Positions 1 through 13,620 of a DNA stretch of 64,000 nucleotides are shown one piece after another (the stretch's first letter is position 1; each line of letters begins with the position of its first letter). The notes beneath the pieces were generated by a model. That model was not told where the DNA came from. It made no database searches and saw only the letters and a list, made by a program, of their open reading frames with translations. The stretch spans positions 4,927,784 through 4,991,783 of the forward strand of contig JAUPSS010000004.1 in NCBI GenBank assembly GCA_040285825.1, given 5' to 3'. A program made the translations under genes and the position numbers. The DNA comes from Eukaryota sp. TZLM1-RC. Taxonomy: Eukaryota; Protista; Metamonada: BaSk clade.

Positions 1-1920
1 TTTTGCTTTAAAATCAAGAGAAGTCACAGGATTAAGTTTTCTTCTGTGAACCAAAGTATCATTTGCAACATTAGATGAGACAAAGTCAACAATACCTTCA
101 GAATTATCAATCCAATCACACTATACATCACCTCCATCATCAGAACCAAAATTATTCAGAGAAAGTGTTTCCTTCAGCAGAGGCTCTTTGATACACGATA
201 TTCTTGCAGTTTGTGCCATATTGAAAACAGTGTCTCTAACAGCATCATGTAATGAAGAACGATAAGTTATCAATTTGGAGCAATTCAGAGCATGGCGAAA
301 AGTGAGTTGAGGTGAATTCGAACAAATACATTTTTCTTTTGATAATAATTGATTAATGGGGATATTCAAATATAATCTCATTTTTGTTACAAATGCTTCA
401 TTAGTGACACACAATCCAAATCTTCGTGGTACAATGGTTACAAAAAGTGAAGAATCTGATGACTTGTTTTCACAAACACCCTTTTCCAATAACAATGAGT
501 GAAGATCTTGATTTAAAACATCCGAGCTGCATATATTATTATAAAGATCATTTTCATACATTCCAGTCAATCGTTTCTGTAATGTTCGAAGAGTGTATTT
601 TAAATTTAAAGAATTATTTTCTGGAATATTGCCATTGAATGATTGGGGGAAAGCATCGACACCATTTTTCTACATCAATTTATGAAATTTCTTCATTTAA
701 TGCAAAAACAGCGGAACTTTGCGCTGTCATTAATAAATCACATTAATAAAGATTGCATTTCTGCATCCACCAATAAAAGCACATGAAGTAAGAATAGAAG
801 CCTTTGTCCAACCTAATCCGCCATAATGTGGACTAAGATAAGCATGATCTGGAATTTGGAACATTTTACATCCCAGAAATTGTGACAAAACGTTTGCACG
901 TAACTCATTAAACTTCTGAGCTAAAGGCCTAGTGACAAGAGGATTTGTACATCGAAATATATGATTGAAGTTGGAACTAAAACACAGTCTTATAATGGTA
1001 AATTCGATGTGTCTTTGTATATCTAAATTCATCATTCGGTCAATTTTGTCGGAAATTGAGTTCAACCTTTTAAACAATTTTTTGGTAATTTCATCATTAT
1101 TTCCAAAAAACGAACCCAAATGACGAATAGCATCAATTGAGTATAATTTGGCTTGAATTTCAATACCATTAACTATTGTGGAAACTGGAGAATTCGATAA
1201 CAAAACACATTTAAGTAAATTAAGTCGGAGACCAATTTTGGTAAATAATTCTTTAAAACATACAGTTGCTTGTTTCACGATATTTAAATCACCAATAAGA
1301 ACAGCATCATCCATTTTTAGCGAAGAAAACATCTGTTGAATTTGCAATAAAATAGGATGAATGGCCAAGCAAAACAAAAGAGGTCCTAACGGATCTCCTT
1401 GCTTTACTCCACTTGATGAACTCAAAATGTTATTACCAAAATGTAAATTGGAATTTTTGCTATTTGTTGATTGAAAATACGGCATTAATTCCGGCATATA
1501 TTGCAATAAAGCACAATGGATACTACTATGACTGAGTAAATTGAATGCATTACTAAAATCCAATGACACACAAACATTGGATTCATTTTAGCGAAATAAT
1601 ACATCTGTAGCAAATATCGCCGAGGAGACTCCATCAGTGGTATTAATTCCATATTGAAAGGGTAATAAAATCTTTTTTGCTTTCTCATTGAACCTGCTTA
1701 AGGAACACGCAGAAAAAATACTTTGTAAGCTCTCAGAGACTGCAATAGGACGAACATCCATTTTTGAATTTTTGACAAGTGCAGTCCAACGAGAACTTCT
1801 TAATTACTGTGGATATCTGGATTGACCAGTCAATATTTTGTTGAAAAATTGCATACTTAACAAAATATCTCATTACTGATGGGAGAAAATTCACTGAACC
1901 AAGATTTCCCCTTCATAATC
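1..1920 (-). mobile_element. CRE/SLACS-like non-LTR retrotransposon (RT + Zn knuckle + restriction-like endonuclease), frameshifted, runs off window start
   Basis: RPIAVSE (~1740), LDFSNAFN, GVKQGDPLGPLLF, MDD, HLGSFFG and YGGLG in ORF 730-1569; CxC..HALNC..RSSLHDAVRD..(R)GDV in ORF 121-570; near-identical to 54865-55600. Confidence 0.9.
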
Positions 1921-1924
1921 TTGA

Positions 1925-2415
1925 TCTGCTTGCTGTCTCGCTAACTTCTGTCTAATTTGATTGAAAAGTGAGACAATCCATTAATAACAGCAAATTGAAT
2001 TCGAGAGCACCATAAAAAGTCATCAAATGTGTTCATTGTTTTGTCCTGAACCATTTTTTTGGAAATCATTCAAAAAAGTTGCTACTTCTACTGATAGTCT
2101 TCCGTTTATCGAAAATGTAAAAGCAATAAAAACAAGTGGTCTATTTCTATCAGCATTAGACTCTTCAATATCATTGTCATATTTTCTATGTTTTTCTTTT
2201 GCTTTAAATTCAAGAGCACTTACAGGATTAAGTTTCCTTTTGTGAACCAAAGTGTCATTTGTAACATTACATAAGACAAAGTCAACAACTGCATCAGAAT
2301 TCTCAATCCAATCACAATATATATCAGCTCTGTTATCAGAACCAAAATTATTCGATGACTAAGTTTTTTTCAGCCTAGGCACTTTGATACACGAGATTCT
2401 TACAGTTCGTGCCAT
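1925..2415 (-). mobile_element. 3' RLE fragment of the same CRE-like family
   Basis: RADIYCDW..VDFV..KEKHRKYD..F(T/P)FSINGRL, homologous to the C-terminal part of 54851-55897. Confidence 0.85.
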
Positions 2416-2579
2416 ATTTGAAAGTAGAGAAATGAGAATCATGCTTTGTGATTGCAAATGTCTTATACATAATGATTATTTAAAAACCTTAGAAATTAAC
2501 ATCTAAACTCCATCTCTCCCCCTACACAATAGCTAGATGAGACTCATAGTGTGATCCAAGTGAAAACAAGAATCAGATG

Positions 2580-3265
2580 ATGCAATTCTACATTGGCAAT
2601 ACAATATGTTAAAATTACTAATGGTTCTTTTCTTCACAATCCTTTCAGAATCCACCAACAAACTGTAAAGCTGGTAGCGTAAGTAGATAAAATACAAATG
2701 GTTACAAATTGTATTTTACATGATGTTGGTTGGAAAATTTGGACAATGGTTCATTGTATCTTTTTTGATTTTGATAACTTAAGCATTTGAACGAGGATTA
2801 TGGATTTCACAATGAGTGAACCACTCATTTCAGGCATTACAAAGATCAACAGACATTACATCTAATAAAATGCAGGTTTCATCCAAAAAGGGAATATGAC
2901 ATTACCTCTATTATTCTCATGAAAATCATCTTCAGTATCAAACAGATTTGACAACAGAGGTTCCAAAAAGGATTCAATTCTATAAGACTTGCACATACGA
3001 TATAATTCGTCTCTTACAGCATCATGAACCTTGTTTCGAAAAGTAATGAAATGTTTCGGATTCAAAAGATGAGTAATTGTAATTTTTCGAGAACATTTTC
3101 AAACTGAATTATGAGGTAAATTATCTAGCCAGATAAAGAAACAAAATTTCATATTCAAAGTCCAAACAAAATCAACTACGAGAGTGCCTTAAACTTGCGG
3201 AATTGTTGTTGATAAAGTACAAGATGTTCTATCGCACATATCTTGTAAACGATTTGCAGAATAAG
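2580..3265 (-). mobile_element. RLE fragment of a second CRE-like family
   Basis: HFITFRNKVHDAVRDELYRMCKS..NRGNV; nucleotide similarity to 58830-59310. Confidence 0.8.
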
Positions 3266-4281
3266 GATTCAGCCGATGTTCACTATCATTAGATGAGCAA
3301 TCAACTACCGCAAACTAAAAGTTTATATATTTACCAAAGTCTTTTGTAAATGTTCTTTATTATTATTTGACAAACAACTCGAAATCAATGTAAAAGAAGC
3401 TCCAACATCGACAAATCTGACCAACTCTCTGTCATCGTGGATTATACCTCCAGCAAGCAATGAGTCAGAAGCATTGTTGGAACTGCTTTTAAAATGGTGA
3501 AAGTAATTCAATTTAACAAAGACCAGAATGAAAATTTGTTTCCAAAATTTTCAACAAATTCAGTGACGTTATAACGAATTAGCCATTATTAGTAACTGTG
3601 CATAAAATAAAATGTATTGTTTTATACTTTTCATTTAAAATGTTTAAAGTCCGCCAAAGGAGTCGGTAGTTTTTATGGTGAAATTGCTGAATAACAGAAC
3701 ACCAACCCATTTGTTCTTGAACACAAACAGAAAGAGAAACCACTTCAACTACACTAAATTTCATTTTTTGAGAATTAAAATTAATTTTGGTGTATGGGAA
3801 CAACAATATCAGCCATTCCATAAACAATCTATGAAAATGTAATAATGGGTCAATTCATAATTCAATTTTTTAAAGCAAATTATGAATTTAATCTCCAACC
3901 ATACCTTACATGTATCAACAATGATTTATTGCACTCACCAAACCTTTACACTTGCTTTTGCTTCAAAGGAAGATAATAAACTGAAGAAATCAGATGAATT
4001 GCGTCTGATTCATCGTAAAAATTGCAAGGTGTTGTATTTATACAGTATCAATGTGATTGTTGCTGATAAACTAGGTTAAAACAACTCAAGATTTCACGTA
4101 ATGACGTGGCATTTGTTCAAGAACATGTATCTCTGTCTTTTGCTTCTTCACACTTCCATGTATATACACATTACATTTGTATAGTGATTTAATATTAAGT
4201 CTTTTCCTTAATTTGCAGATAGTATCACCGTGAACAATGAATGTAACATTAATAGAGTCCTAATGATGGTTGAGCATAACA

Positions 4282-6794
4282 CTAGCCGTGTCGTGGCAAA
4301 TACATGTGCAGTGTTGATTCCTTTTGAATATTATAATCAGCCAATGTTCTACCATTGAGTTGTGGTCTTTTTCCAAAAAATTCTAATCTCTGCTGATCAT
4401 ATGGTATACCTGCTCTTTCTTCAATTTTTTGCTTCACGTATTCAAAAGGTTCATCTGATTCTACCTCCAAAGTAATTGTTCCTCTACTCCAAAATCCTGT
4501 CTTCACAAAAATTTGCATCCTACTCCATGGATTCAACGAAGTTAAATCCTCAAATAGAATGCTTTCACCGAATAATTTTGTGGTAATAGTTACTAAATCA
4601 GGCGAATTTGAATTAAACGAGCATTTCAGCACACGTTTTAACCAAATTTCCTTATTATCATTCATGTATTCCTGCTTCTTCAATCCTAATAATAGATTTT
4701 GGGAGTATTGACAACTTTTGGTTTGACATTGAATTCAAATGATGAAATAGCAAAATTGAGGAGAGAATCATCATTGAGTTTGATTGATATATTGATTAAT
4801 CGGTCAAAATCCAAAAGATTGATTGATTCAGATGACGTTAACTGAACTGTACTCAAAATTGATTGATCCTCATAATTGATTGATTCAGCCAATGATACTA
4901 ATTCTTCAAACTCAATGATAGTGAATTCATTGTCCTTTTGTAAATGAAATGCAAATGCTTTCTTCTGCAAATCTTCGTCGTTAATCTCATTAATGAATGA
5001 ACGAAATTTTGACAGACAGGTGAAATCATCATTGACAAAATCATCAATCAATTCGACATTCAATGACGTCTCCCTCAAATCAATCACATTCTCATTCATT
5101 TTTGATTGAAAAACGTGGCAACACTTAGTGCTCAAAACCCTTGAAATTTCGTCTTCACGTAGTTGAATTGTTACCCTATTGAATGAACTTTGGGTGAAAT
5201 CATCATTGCTTTTTGGCAAAATAACGTCAATATGAAAAGGAAACATAACAACATAAAGATCTGTGCAAGATTTAAGCGGAATCGTTAAAATTTCGTTTAA
5301 ATCAGCAAAAGTAAAATTTTCAAAATCAAACAAATACAAACATTCCCTAAAAATTTCAACATTCCAATCAGAATTTGATTGATTTTGATTGACAAGTGTC
5401 TTGTATGACGCGACTAACGATTGAAGAAGCCAGTAATCAGTCTCAGAGTGATTGGAAACGTCATTTTTCAGTTTTTTAAATGTTTTTGCTTTAATTGTCA
5501 TAGGATTAGCATTAATTATTTTGAATTTCGGAATAAAACTGCCTAAATTATCTACATTAAAATCATTATTATCAGCAAACTCAATTGTTTCAATCAAATA
5601 ATTTGAATTTGAATGAACTCCAGTTACCATACTAAAATAATTAATCGAAAATTAGACTAGAATTGGTAGTAAAGATTCAAAACCTTTTAATGGAACAAAA
5701 AGCTCAGTATAGACAGAATTTAAAGGAATATCCTTGACTTCAAGTAAATTCAAAATATTTTTGACCTGTTCTGGTGAAAAATCACTGCCATTGACAAATG
5801 ATTTCACAAAACTTTTGATCAGCCACATCACGTGATCGATTGACGTAAGTTGACCACACAGTTTGATTAAAGTACAAGGTCTAAATTGAGCCGAATCACG
5901 TTGATCCAGGTCCATAATGAAAGGAATAACTTTGACCAATCCATCAGTTTGATTGGATTCTATTCTATCAGCAGTAACCAACATCCAAAACGAAAAATCA
6001 TTTCTAATGATAGTGTTAATACAACCTGGACAACACCTAACCGTGGAAAAGCTAGAATTAACTGCACTAAAAGAGAAACAAAAGTCCAAAAGTACACGTG
6101 TCAAGTCCTCATATTTCTCGAGAATTAGAACGACTTCTTTCCAAATAAAATCAAGGTCAATATTCTGAGTCAAATTGACCGAATTCTGAAATACTGTTTC
6201 CACATCAGTAACTTCAATAGTACCTTCAATAAATGACTTCACTAGTGAAGTGAGCAGCCATTTAATTGAACAGCTAGTCTTTAAAAACTTTGACAAAGTT
6301 CAAAGAGTTTCTTCCTTCAAAACAAGTGGTTCAACAAGAGTTTGTTTGTCTAACAAAGGACAACATTCTTTAATAAAGGTGGTATGAAAGCAATCATCGG
6401 CACGTGTGATGACGTGGCAAAGATCAGGGGGTGAAAGGTTTTGAATAAATGAAAAAGTGCTGGATTTAATTTGCTCAACCTTGAAGAATTCTGCAATGTA
6501 ATAGAGGTCGAATGCATTCTCCTCGGTGATGGACAATGGCTGGCAGTAAAGGGAGTCGAGAAACTGTCTGAATATATCAACATCAACAGGGAGATCGTCA
6601 AGATCTACACGATACAATTCGCGATCTGAAAACGGGAGAATGAACCTTTGACTGAGATAGCGTGAGAAGAGAGAAACAACAGCACGATGCACCGGAAATT
6701 CTTGTTGTTTGTAGTCTAGCACAACATTATGGAAGTCTTTATTGTGGTAGAGACCCTCAGCAAGCGTGGAGTGAGGGAATTGGAAAGTCGACAT
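4282..6794 (-). pseudogene. BTB/POZ protein with C-terminal ubiquitin-like domain, interrupted
   Basis: N-terminal BTB (FHNVVL..FPVHRAVVSLFSRY..FLDSLY) and C-terminal Ub-like ([39 protein letters not shown]); ORFs 6300-6794, 5652-6296 and 4686-5630 share one frame (TGA at 6300, TAA at 5652); frameshift near 4685. Confidence 0.75.
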
Positions 6795-7258
6795 GGTGGT
6801 TGTGGAAAGAAAGATTGGTTTTAATGAGCAATTCGAACCAAAAAATTTGACAAATACTGATTCTTACTGCAATCAAGGAATATTTCAAAATTTCAACTAG
6901 AGAAGCTGATTTCAAGCTTATAGAGCTCATTTCATCGGTTAATAGAATTGAGAACAACTTAACCAGATTATTAAGGTCTATTTTTAGTATTTCTATGAAA
7001 CAGGACAATCTAGATGATCAACCTACAAACTTCTTTTCAAGACACGTTTTGGTGTCTGTAAGGAATGGTCTATTTAGTAACTTTGGTAACGAACACTTCC
7101 AACAAATCTTATTTTTTCGTATTGAATGATACTCAACCAAGCGTGTGATCAATTGGTAATAACTGAATTAATTTACGTAAAGAGTGATTTTAAATTTAAT
7201 TAAACATCATATTTAAACAATAATTTTATTAATTACAGAAAAATAAACAACAAACTAC

Positions 7259-10200
7259 TCACAAATCCAAAACACAAGGATCTATAAGAACTTCAAACTC
7301 CGCTCTAGAAAACAACTTCATTTGAATCAACTGACGTACAATGCATACCATGGCTCTTGCACTTTCAACATGATCAACATCAAACATTGATTTAATATAA
7401 AAAGCAATTAAAGCTACCAACCTACTTCGAACTACCATCGGAAATTGACGAACTATAGTGACCAAACCATGGAAAAGAGAGTGGCAATCGTATTCACCGA
7501 AATGAAGTCGAGTTTTGTTGAAATTGACACATCCATGCTGAGATAAGAGTCCTTCGCAGACAAATAGAATTGTAGAGAAAAGAATCAAAGCAGTGTCATA
7601 AGCTTCTAAAGCTGGTGGAGGCAATGAGTAAAGTTTTAAAAGAGGATCATCCAGACCAGCTGATTCAATCATTGTCGACAATTCACCCAATATTTCATAT
7701 TCAGGGTAATCAATTCTTTCAGGCGTCCGGTTGTGAGCAGAAATTTGATTAAGGATTGCCTCATTGACGGAAGAAAGAGTTCTAGTTAAAGCAAAAGCAT
7801 CAACTTCAGCAGAGAATTTCAATTGATTTTGGAAACAAGTTCGAACCAATTGAGCCAGGCCAATTATTTTAGCTCTCGACAAAACTGAAGAAATTAAATC
7901 CTCTAATTTCTTGGTTAAGCCCCCAAAAACTTTAATACAAGAAACAAGATCCAAGTTATCAATAGCGGTAGTTAAAGAAGCGCTGTAATTCTTCAACACC
8001 TTGGCCTTGTTCTTATTCAATCTAGAAACATCTTTAAAGAAATACCTCAGCTCCCTCACACAAATGAAACCAAACATGCGATCCAAGCCCGAGAGTCCAT
8101 AAGCTCCCAATACCTTATACATATTGCCAAAAGTGGTTTGATTTAAAACTTCAATTTCGGTTCCGGCAGATCTGACAAAGGACATGAAATCAGTCGAGAA
8201 GGAAACCTTTTTTGAATCGATAATATCAAAAATAGCATTCACTATCCTTCCAACAAATGTTTCACACTGAGGATCTTTCTGTTCCAGCTTTGGAATAGGG
8301 GCGACCTCGGATTGGTACTTTGAATCCCAAGCATAAACCTTATCTCTTAAGAAAAGATTGCATTCCTGTTCAACATGGAAATAAATAATTCTAGAGATAA
8401 CTTTTTGCCATACTTTAAGACCATAAATAGATAAATAATCTTGAATATACTCCATAGCAGAGCAAAGAGCATGTGTATCATTGTACAATTGAGCAAATCT
8501 ATCAGAAAAATCACAGGGATCTTTCTTTTTAAACACAAGAGCGTCATTAAGTAAATTAGAAAGTTTAACAACTAATTCAGCTTCAACACCATCTTCTAGT
8601 AATAGCTTTGGATCAATTTCAATAATACCAACAAGAGTTTTTTGCATAGCAAGAATACCTTCTGCTAATAGTGAAATTTCGTGGGTTTTTTGACTTAGTT
8701 GATATCGTAAATCAAATTGAGCATAGTTTGGCAAATCATCGCGTGGGATCCTTCCTGGCAGTGATACAATTTTCTCAGAAATGAGTGAAATTACCGTGGA
8801 GAAAATGTCAAACATGGCGGTTGGTACAACTTGTAAAACTCTTCTAACAAAAGCTACTAACTGAGTTGAATAATAATTAGCAACAGAAGCCAAATCAGAA
8901 GAATTAGCCTGTTGAATACGAACCAAGGGAACTTCAAGAATACTTGCTGCTTTTAAAAACAATGCTCTTAGCTGCAAAACCACACGTGGATCTTTCCGTA
9001 CACGTTGTTGCATGTCATCAGTGAAATTAGGCAAGAATCTCCAGGCATAAGCAAAATCAGAAGCAATTGTGAAATGTAAAAGAGTCTTTGGGGATAGATT
9101 AGTCACTCTTAGCATTCGTTGTAATGAACCTCTAGTATCAGCGAGGAATTGCTTAACATGAAGGGATGACTCTATTTGATGGAATTGTTCAACTTCTTCC
9201 AAAGCATTGATTAAAGAAGCTATCTGGCGACCGGCAACTACTGAATCATCAAGATTGAGATTTCCGATTTCAGTTGAAAGGTTTTTAAACCAAGTTTGCA
9301 GGTTTTGATCTTTTGATTTCTTTGATAGGGCAGCATCACCAGCGAAATAATCAGCCAATTCAGTCATTTTGGAACTAGCTACATCCTTATACTCAGTCCA
9401 TCTCTCCATTTTACTACTAAAAGCATTATCCAAAATAGTCTTGAGCTTGTATTCTAAATCAGAAACCAACAATAATAAAGACAAAACAGAGTCAGTATTA
9501 ACCATTTGGGTTAGTATTTGCTTATACTTTGGATTAGAAGCATCTGGAATTGTGTGAGATAAAAGAAAACGTAATGACACGTTGACATTTCTAATCAAAG
9601 TTAGTAAAACATCAGCATTGTTTAATACAAATGGCTCATTCAAAACACCTTCAGCCAAGTACTCTAATACTTTCTTATGTGATTTAGAAAGAATAGAGAT
9701 ATGCTTTTGAGTTAATTTTCTCACTGAATTAGGGTTGATGGTATTATTCAGAGCATTCTTTGCTGCCTTATAAGGTTCCCAGGCTACGGTTAAGTCAATT
9801 AAATGGCCTAAATAAAACGAAATGATCCAATTATCACTGAAATGTTTATCCACAATCTCTCTCATCACCGCATCTGAATTCTTGAGAGTATCCGGTTGGA
9901 AGAATAATAAAAGGAAGATATGAGCAGCTTGTAGAGAAAGGGCGGTTGAGCGATGATCAGGATCAGGGAAGGCTTCCATTCGGTAGTAAACGTCATCAGC
10001 ACGAAGACGTCCCAAGACCATGGAAACAACTTCTTCCGAAAAAGGAAAGCGCTCAAAAAGTTCTTGTGGGTAATTCTTGGCGCGTTTTCCTTTGGAAAGT
10101 CCGCCCAAAGTCAAGAAACCATACTTATCAGCATTGGAAGGATTAAATCCAGTCTGCTTACACAACTTTGTAATTTCATCAAAATGAGGAAGTTCGGCAG

Positions 10201-10803
10201 AGCCTTTATAGCGGTAATAAGAGACAACAAGGCGTTCTCGTATAACACCAGGAATATGAATATCTAGAGTAAGACAAAGAAAGAAGAACAAACCCATGAG
10301 AAGGAGGATAACAGCAAACATGGAGAGACCTTCGGAGAGGAGCTGACGGCCTTCAATATCAGCTAGGACTCCTGAGAGGGTGTGTTGAATGAAGATACCT
10401 GTAGTAAGCTGGTGGAGGAACATGGAGAAGTCAGAGTGGTACTTTATGATGGATTCAAAGAGCTTGTAGAAACGTTCAAGCAACTGGGGTAAAGACTGGG
10501 ACAGAGGCGACATACTTCCATATGGTTGGTGGGAAACTCTTCGTCAAGATCAAGAACGTCAGGGTCTTGTTTGATTTTAAACTCGTAGTGTTCAGGTTGG
10601 TCAAGGTAAGAAAAGTCAAGAATAATGGAACCATAACGGGCTCGATCTGATTTAGTACTAAGAGTGAAGACTTCAGGAATGTTTTGTGCAAGACGCAAAC
10701 ATTCAGCAACAATGGCGTTGGCACGAGAGACAAGACGAAGAAGTGCCTGACCGCATGGAGAAGAAGAACGTGTGAAAGAGTGTCCGTCCTGAGAATCAGA
10801 CAT
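7259..10803 (-). CDS. WASHC5: WASH complex subunit 5 (strumpellin); exons 10516-10803, 10294-10483, 7259-10263
   Basis: CGQALLRLVSRANAIVAECLRL, ERLVVSYYRY, RSTALSLQAA, MREIVDKHFSDNW, ALEEVEQFHQIE; removing two GT-AG introns restores continuous homology. Confidence 0.95.
10264..10293 (-). other. 30-nt in-frame, stop-free intron of WASHC5
   Basis: GTTTGT..pyrimidine tract..CTCTAG; removal gives LLLMDIHIPG, dropping the aberrant GLFFFLCLTL insert. Confidence 0.8.
10484..10515 (-). other. 32-nt spliceosomal intron of WASHC5
   Basis: GTATGT...CCCCAG joins NHME|LLERFY and fixes the frame between the two ORFs. Confidence 0.9.
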
Positions 10804-10884
10804 TGTCTAATAGAACAATATTGTCAGCTGGTAGAAACCAATAGAGATTACAGGGTGTTTAAGTGCAATTCGATTTCTTTTGAC

Positions 10885-10978
10885 ATGCATACTTTCTTCA
10901 AGCATCATTCAACTTATTCCAAAAACTTTCATCCTAGTTGAGATCGTCCACAGACGTGCTAGAATCCTCGACTAATTG
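10885..10978 (-). ncRNA. ORF-less copy of the Fanzor right end / putative omega-RNA scaffold
   Basis: ~94-nt close match to 61401-61495, which lies just downstream of the Fanzor stop codon. Confidence 0.55.
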
Positions 10979-11418
10979 ACGTGAGTCAACTTTGAATTTG
11001 GACTTTGGAAAAACCACTCCACCATTTCCAATTTATATGCAATTTTTATATACAGGAAACTTTGATTGCTGTATGTAAAAATTTTGTTAATGAAATACAA
11101 CACTTTCAAATTATATCAGAACTAATGGGAATAATAAAAAAAACTAATGGGACTAAATACAATAAACCAAGATTTCCTTTACAAAAATTTGATCTGTTCG
11201 TTTTGTCGCCATATTCCAATTTGATAAGATAACTGAGGTAATCTATTATTTATAGTAAACTGAATTCGCGACGGCCAGCAAAAGACATTAAATCTCTTCA
11301 ATGTTGTTTCTCTAAGCCATATCGCTTTATGTGAAATGTGAATCCAAACCTAGAATTTGGAAAATACTCATTATTTTTTTTAACTAACTGGAATATTTAT
11401 TGAGACAAAAAAATCAAT

Positions 11419-12040
11419 CTAGAATTCAATATCCTCCAAACAAGCGTCACTATTACTGAACCTACTCACAACATAACGTTCATATTCTACACCAATAGCT
11501 AAAAGAGCCTTTGAAATCATTGTTGGAATAGACTTAAAAATGCAAAAAACAATTGTATTTAACCAGAAAGTGGAATTCATTGTTTTACCAGTCCTATTCA
11601 GTAACACTTTTTTGAAGTTTTCAAAAAAATGCAACCCTGAAGGTCCAATATTGCCAAAAAGAGAAATTGCAAACGGCACAAACTGATATTTCACATGTTC
11701 CACTCTACCTAACTGTGCCAAAGGTTCTTCATATTTTTTTATCTTCTTTTTTTCGGCGTTAGATAACGGCGAATCAGCGGAATACACTAAACGAGGAGCA
11801 GAATTTTTGCAAACATCAACTGAGACAACATCTACAACATTGAGAACACCATCGATCCCTGGAGCTACTAAATCTGCCCTATTTTTACCAAAGGAATCTT
11901 CAGTTTGATCTGAAGACAGCTTACGCACTAATGGCTCAATACATGCCTCTATATTAAAACTTTTGCACATGGCAGATAATTGATCACGAACTGAGTCATG
12001 AACAATTGAGCGATAAGTTATAAAATACTTACAGTTCAAA
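11419..12040 (-). mobile_element. RLE 3' fragment of a third CRE-like family
   Basis: LNCKYFITYRSIVHDSVRD..RADL..VDV..AEKKKIKKY..FVPFAISLFGNIG. Confidence 0.85.
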
Positions 12041-12167
12041 ATACTCAGTATTGTAACAATATTCACATTTCACGGAGGATGATCGATTTTGTAGATTCAG
12101 TAACAGTACTTCACAAAAGCTTTTCAATAGAAGCCGATCTGCCCTCTTGTGTTTGCAATTGTTGAAG

Positions 12168-12264
12168 TGATGCCGTAGGTTGGAAAAGTGTGGTTAAGAT
12201 AAAGCGAATGAGGAAAAGTTGATATATTTTCTATTCATAACAAATAAGCCTTAGGGCGCCAACA
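12168..12264 (-). mobile_element. Solo LTR (Gypsy family A), 97 bp
   Basis: TG...CA ends, similar to LTRs at 43011-43093 and 52651-52732; 4-bp TSD GAAG at 12164-12167 and 12265-12268. Confidence 0.9.
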
Positions 12265-13249
12265 GAAGCCAAAATGAGTGTCAATGAAAGACCCCACTAT
12301 CTGTGTAGTACATAGTTTTGGTAATTATCCGTGCGGAAATTGATGACATACTGGAAATTTACCAAATGAATTACCCCTCTGCTTCATGAATCATAATATG
12401 TATGAACTATTGGCAAAACCTGTTTGTTACTTGTTTGAAACATTTGTTAATGGTCAAGTTGTTTACTACTTCCCAAACATAGTATTGTGGCAAAATCTGC
12501 GAATACAAAAAGATAAACTCGAAACATAAACATTATCGAGCTAAATTGATTAGAAAACGAATGTTCATAAATTAAAAGTAAAGATTTTTAGTCAAAGTCA
12601 GGGCCAGCTCCTGCTCCATCTTAACACAACAAAAACGACAGTCATTATAAATAAAGCAATGTCTAGATAGAGTGTATAACTAATTTGTCTTCAACACTGC
12701 AGTAGGCCACGATGTCAGTGCTTGCAGGGGAGTGAAATAGTCAATAATCAGTTGTGCAATTTCTGTAATTTTTGACCTCATAATTATGATTACTGTTAAA
12801 TTTGATTGATGAAGCAATGTATGATTCAATCAAATTTCAAGGACTGGCTGAAGATTATGTAAATAATTGTCAGCTACTGATAAAAACTTTATTATTATAA
12901 ATTTGGATACAATTCAGGAACTGCTCAACAGGCTACAGGTTTATAATCAGCTTATCTGATCAATTCATTCCAACATGATTTTTGCAATAATTTCAAGAAG
13001 CTCCAATTACCAAATTTCAAAATTTTCATGTCGAAAAACTACCAATTTTCTATATTTGTAGAATTGTGTGTCACGAAAGAGTCAAAAAGATGCAGAGTTG
13101 TTAAATTATAAATCAAAGATCAAACTTATCATACTGTCCTTTGAAGAATATGAATTGACTGCAATCAGCAAGATTACTCCCAAGGGAATCCGCTGGTTGT
13201 ATAAACGATTCTAACGTCTCGATATCAGCATATAGTATAATACATAAAA

Positions 13250-13620
13250 CTTTCAATATCAACAACACTATTCCTCACAACATCATGTTATGATGAACAA
13301 TAAGTTATTGATGGTGGACAATTCTAAGCATGACAAAAAGTGAGCTATGGTGAATTAGAGCTAAATCATTTTTCTTTTAATATCAGTTGGTCAATTAAAA
13401 TACTCTGATTTAATATCATTTTTGTAACGAAAGCTTCATTGTAGGTTCATAGTCCAAATTTTCCCTTATTTTCACAAACACGCTTTTCCAGTAGCAATGA
13501 ATGAATCCAGTAGCAATTGATCTAGAACAGCCGAGCTTATCATTTATTTCAAAACAATTATTTTCATACATTCCAGTCAGCCGTTTTTGCAATGTTCAAA
13601 ACGTGCAAAATCAAAAGTGG
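13250..13620 (-). mobile_element. Highly decayed CRE-like RLE relic
   Basis: Patchy nucleotide similarity to 240-600 (e.g. ttttcatacattccagtca). Confidence 0.6.

Noticed and set aside
5632-5657. 26-nt GT..AG intron spanning the TAA in the BTB gene
   Set aside because: Removing it shifts the frame away from the downstream ORF
4282-6794. Stop-codon reassignment suggested by in-frame stops (also in hAT and Fanzor)
   Set aside because: Long conserved genes are stop-free and terminate at TGA (WASHC5), TAG (SDR) and TAA (kinase)
10090-10124. Third WASHC5 intron GTATGG..AAAG
   Set aside because: 35 nt, would break the open reading frame
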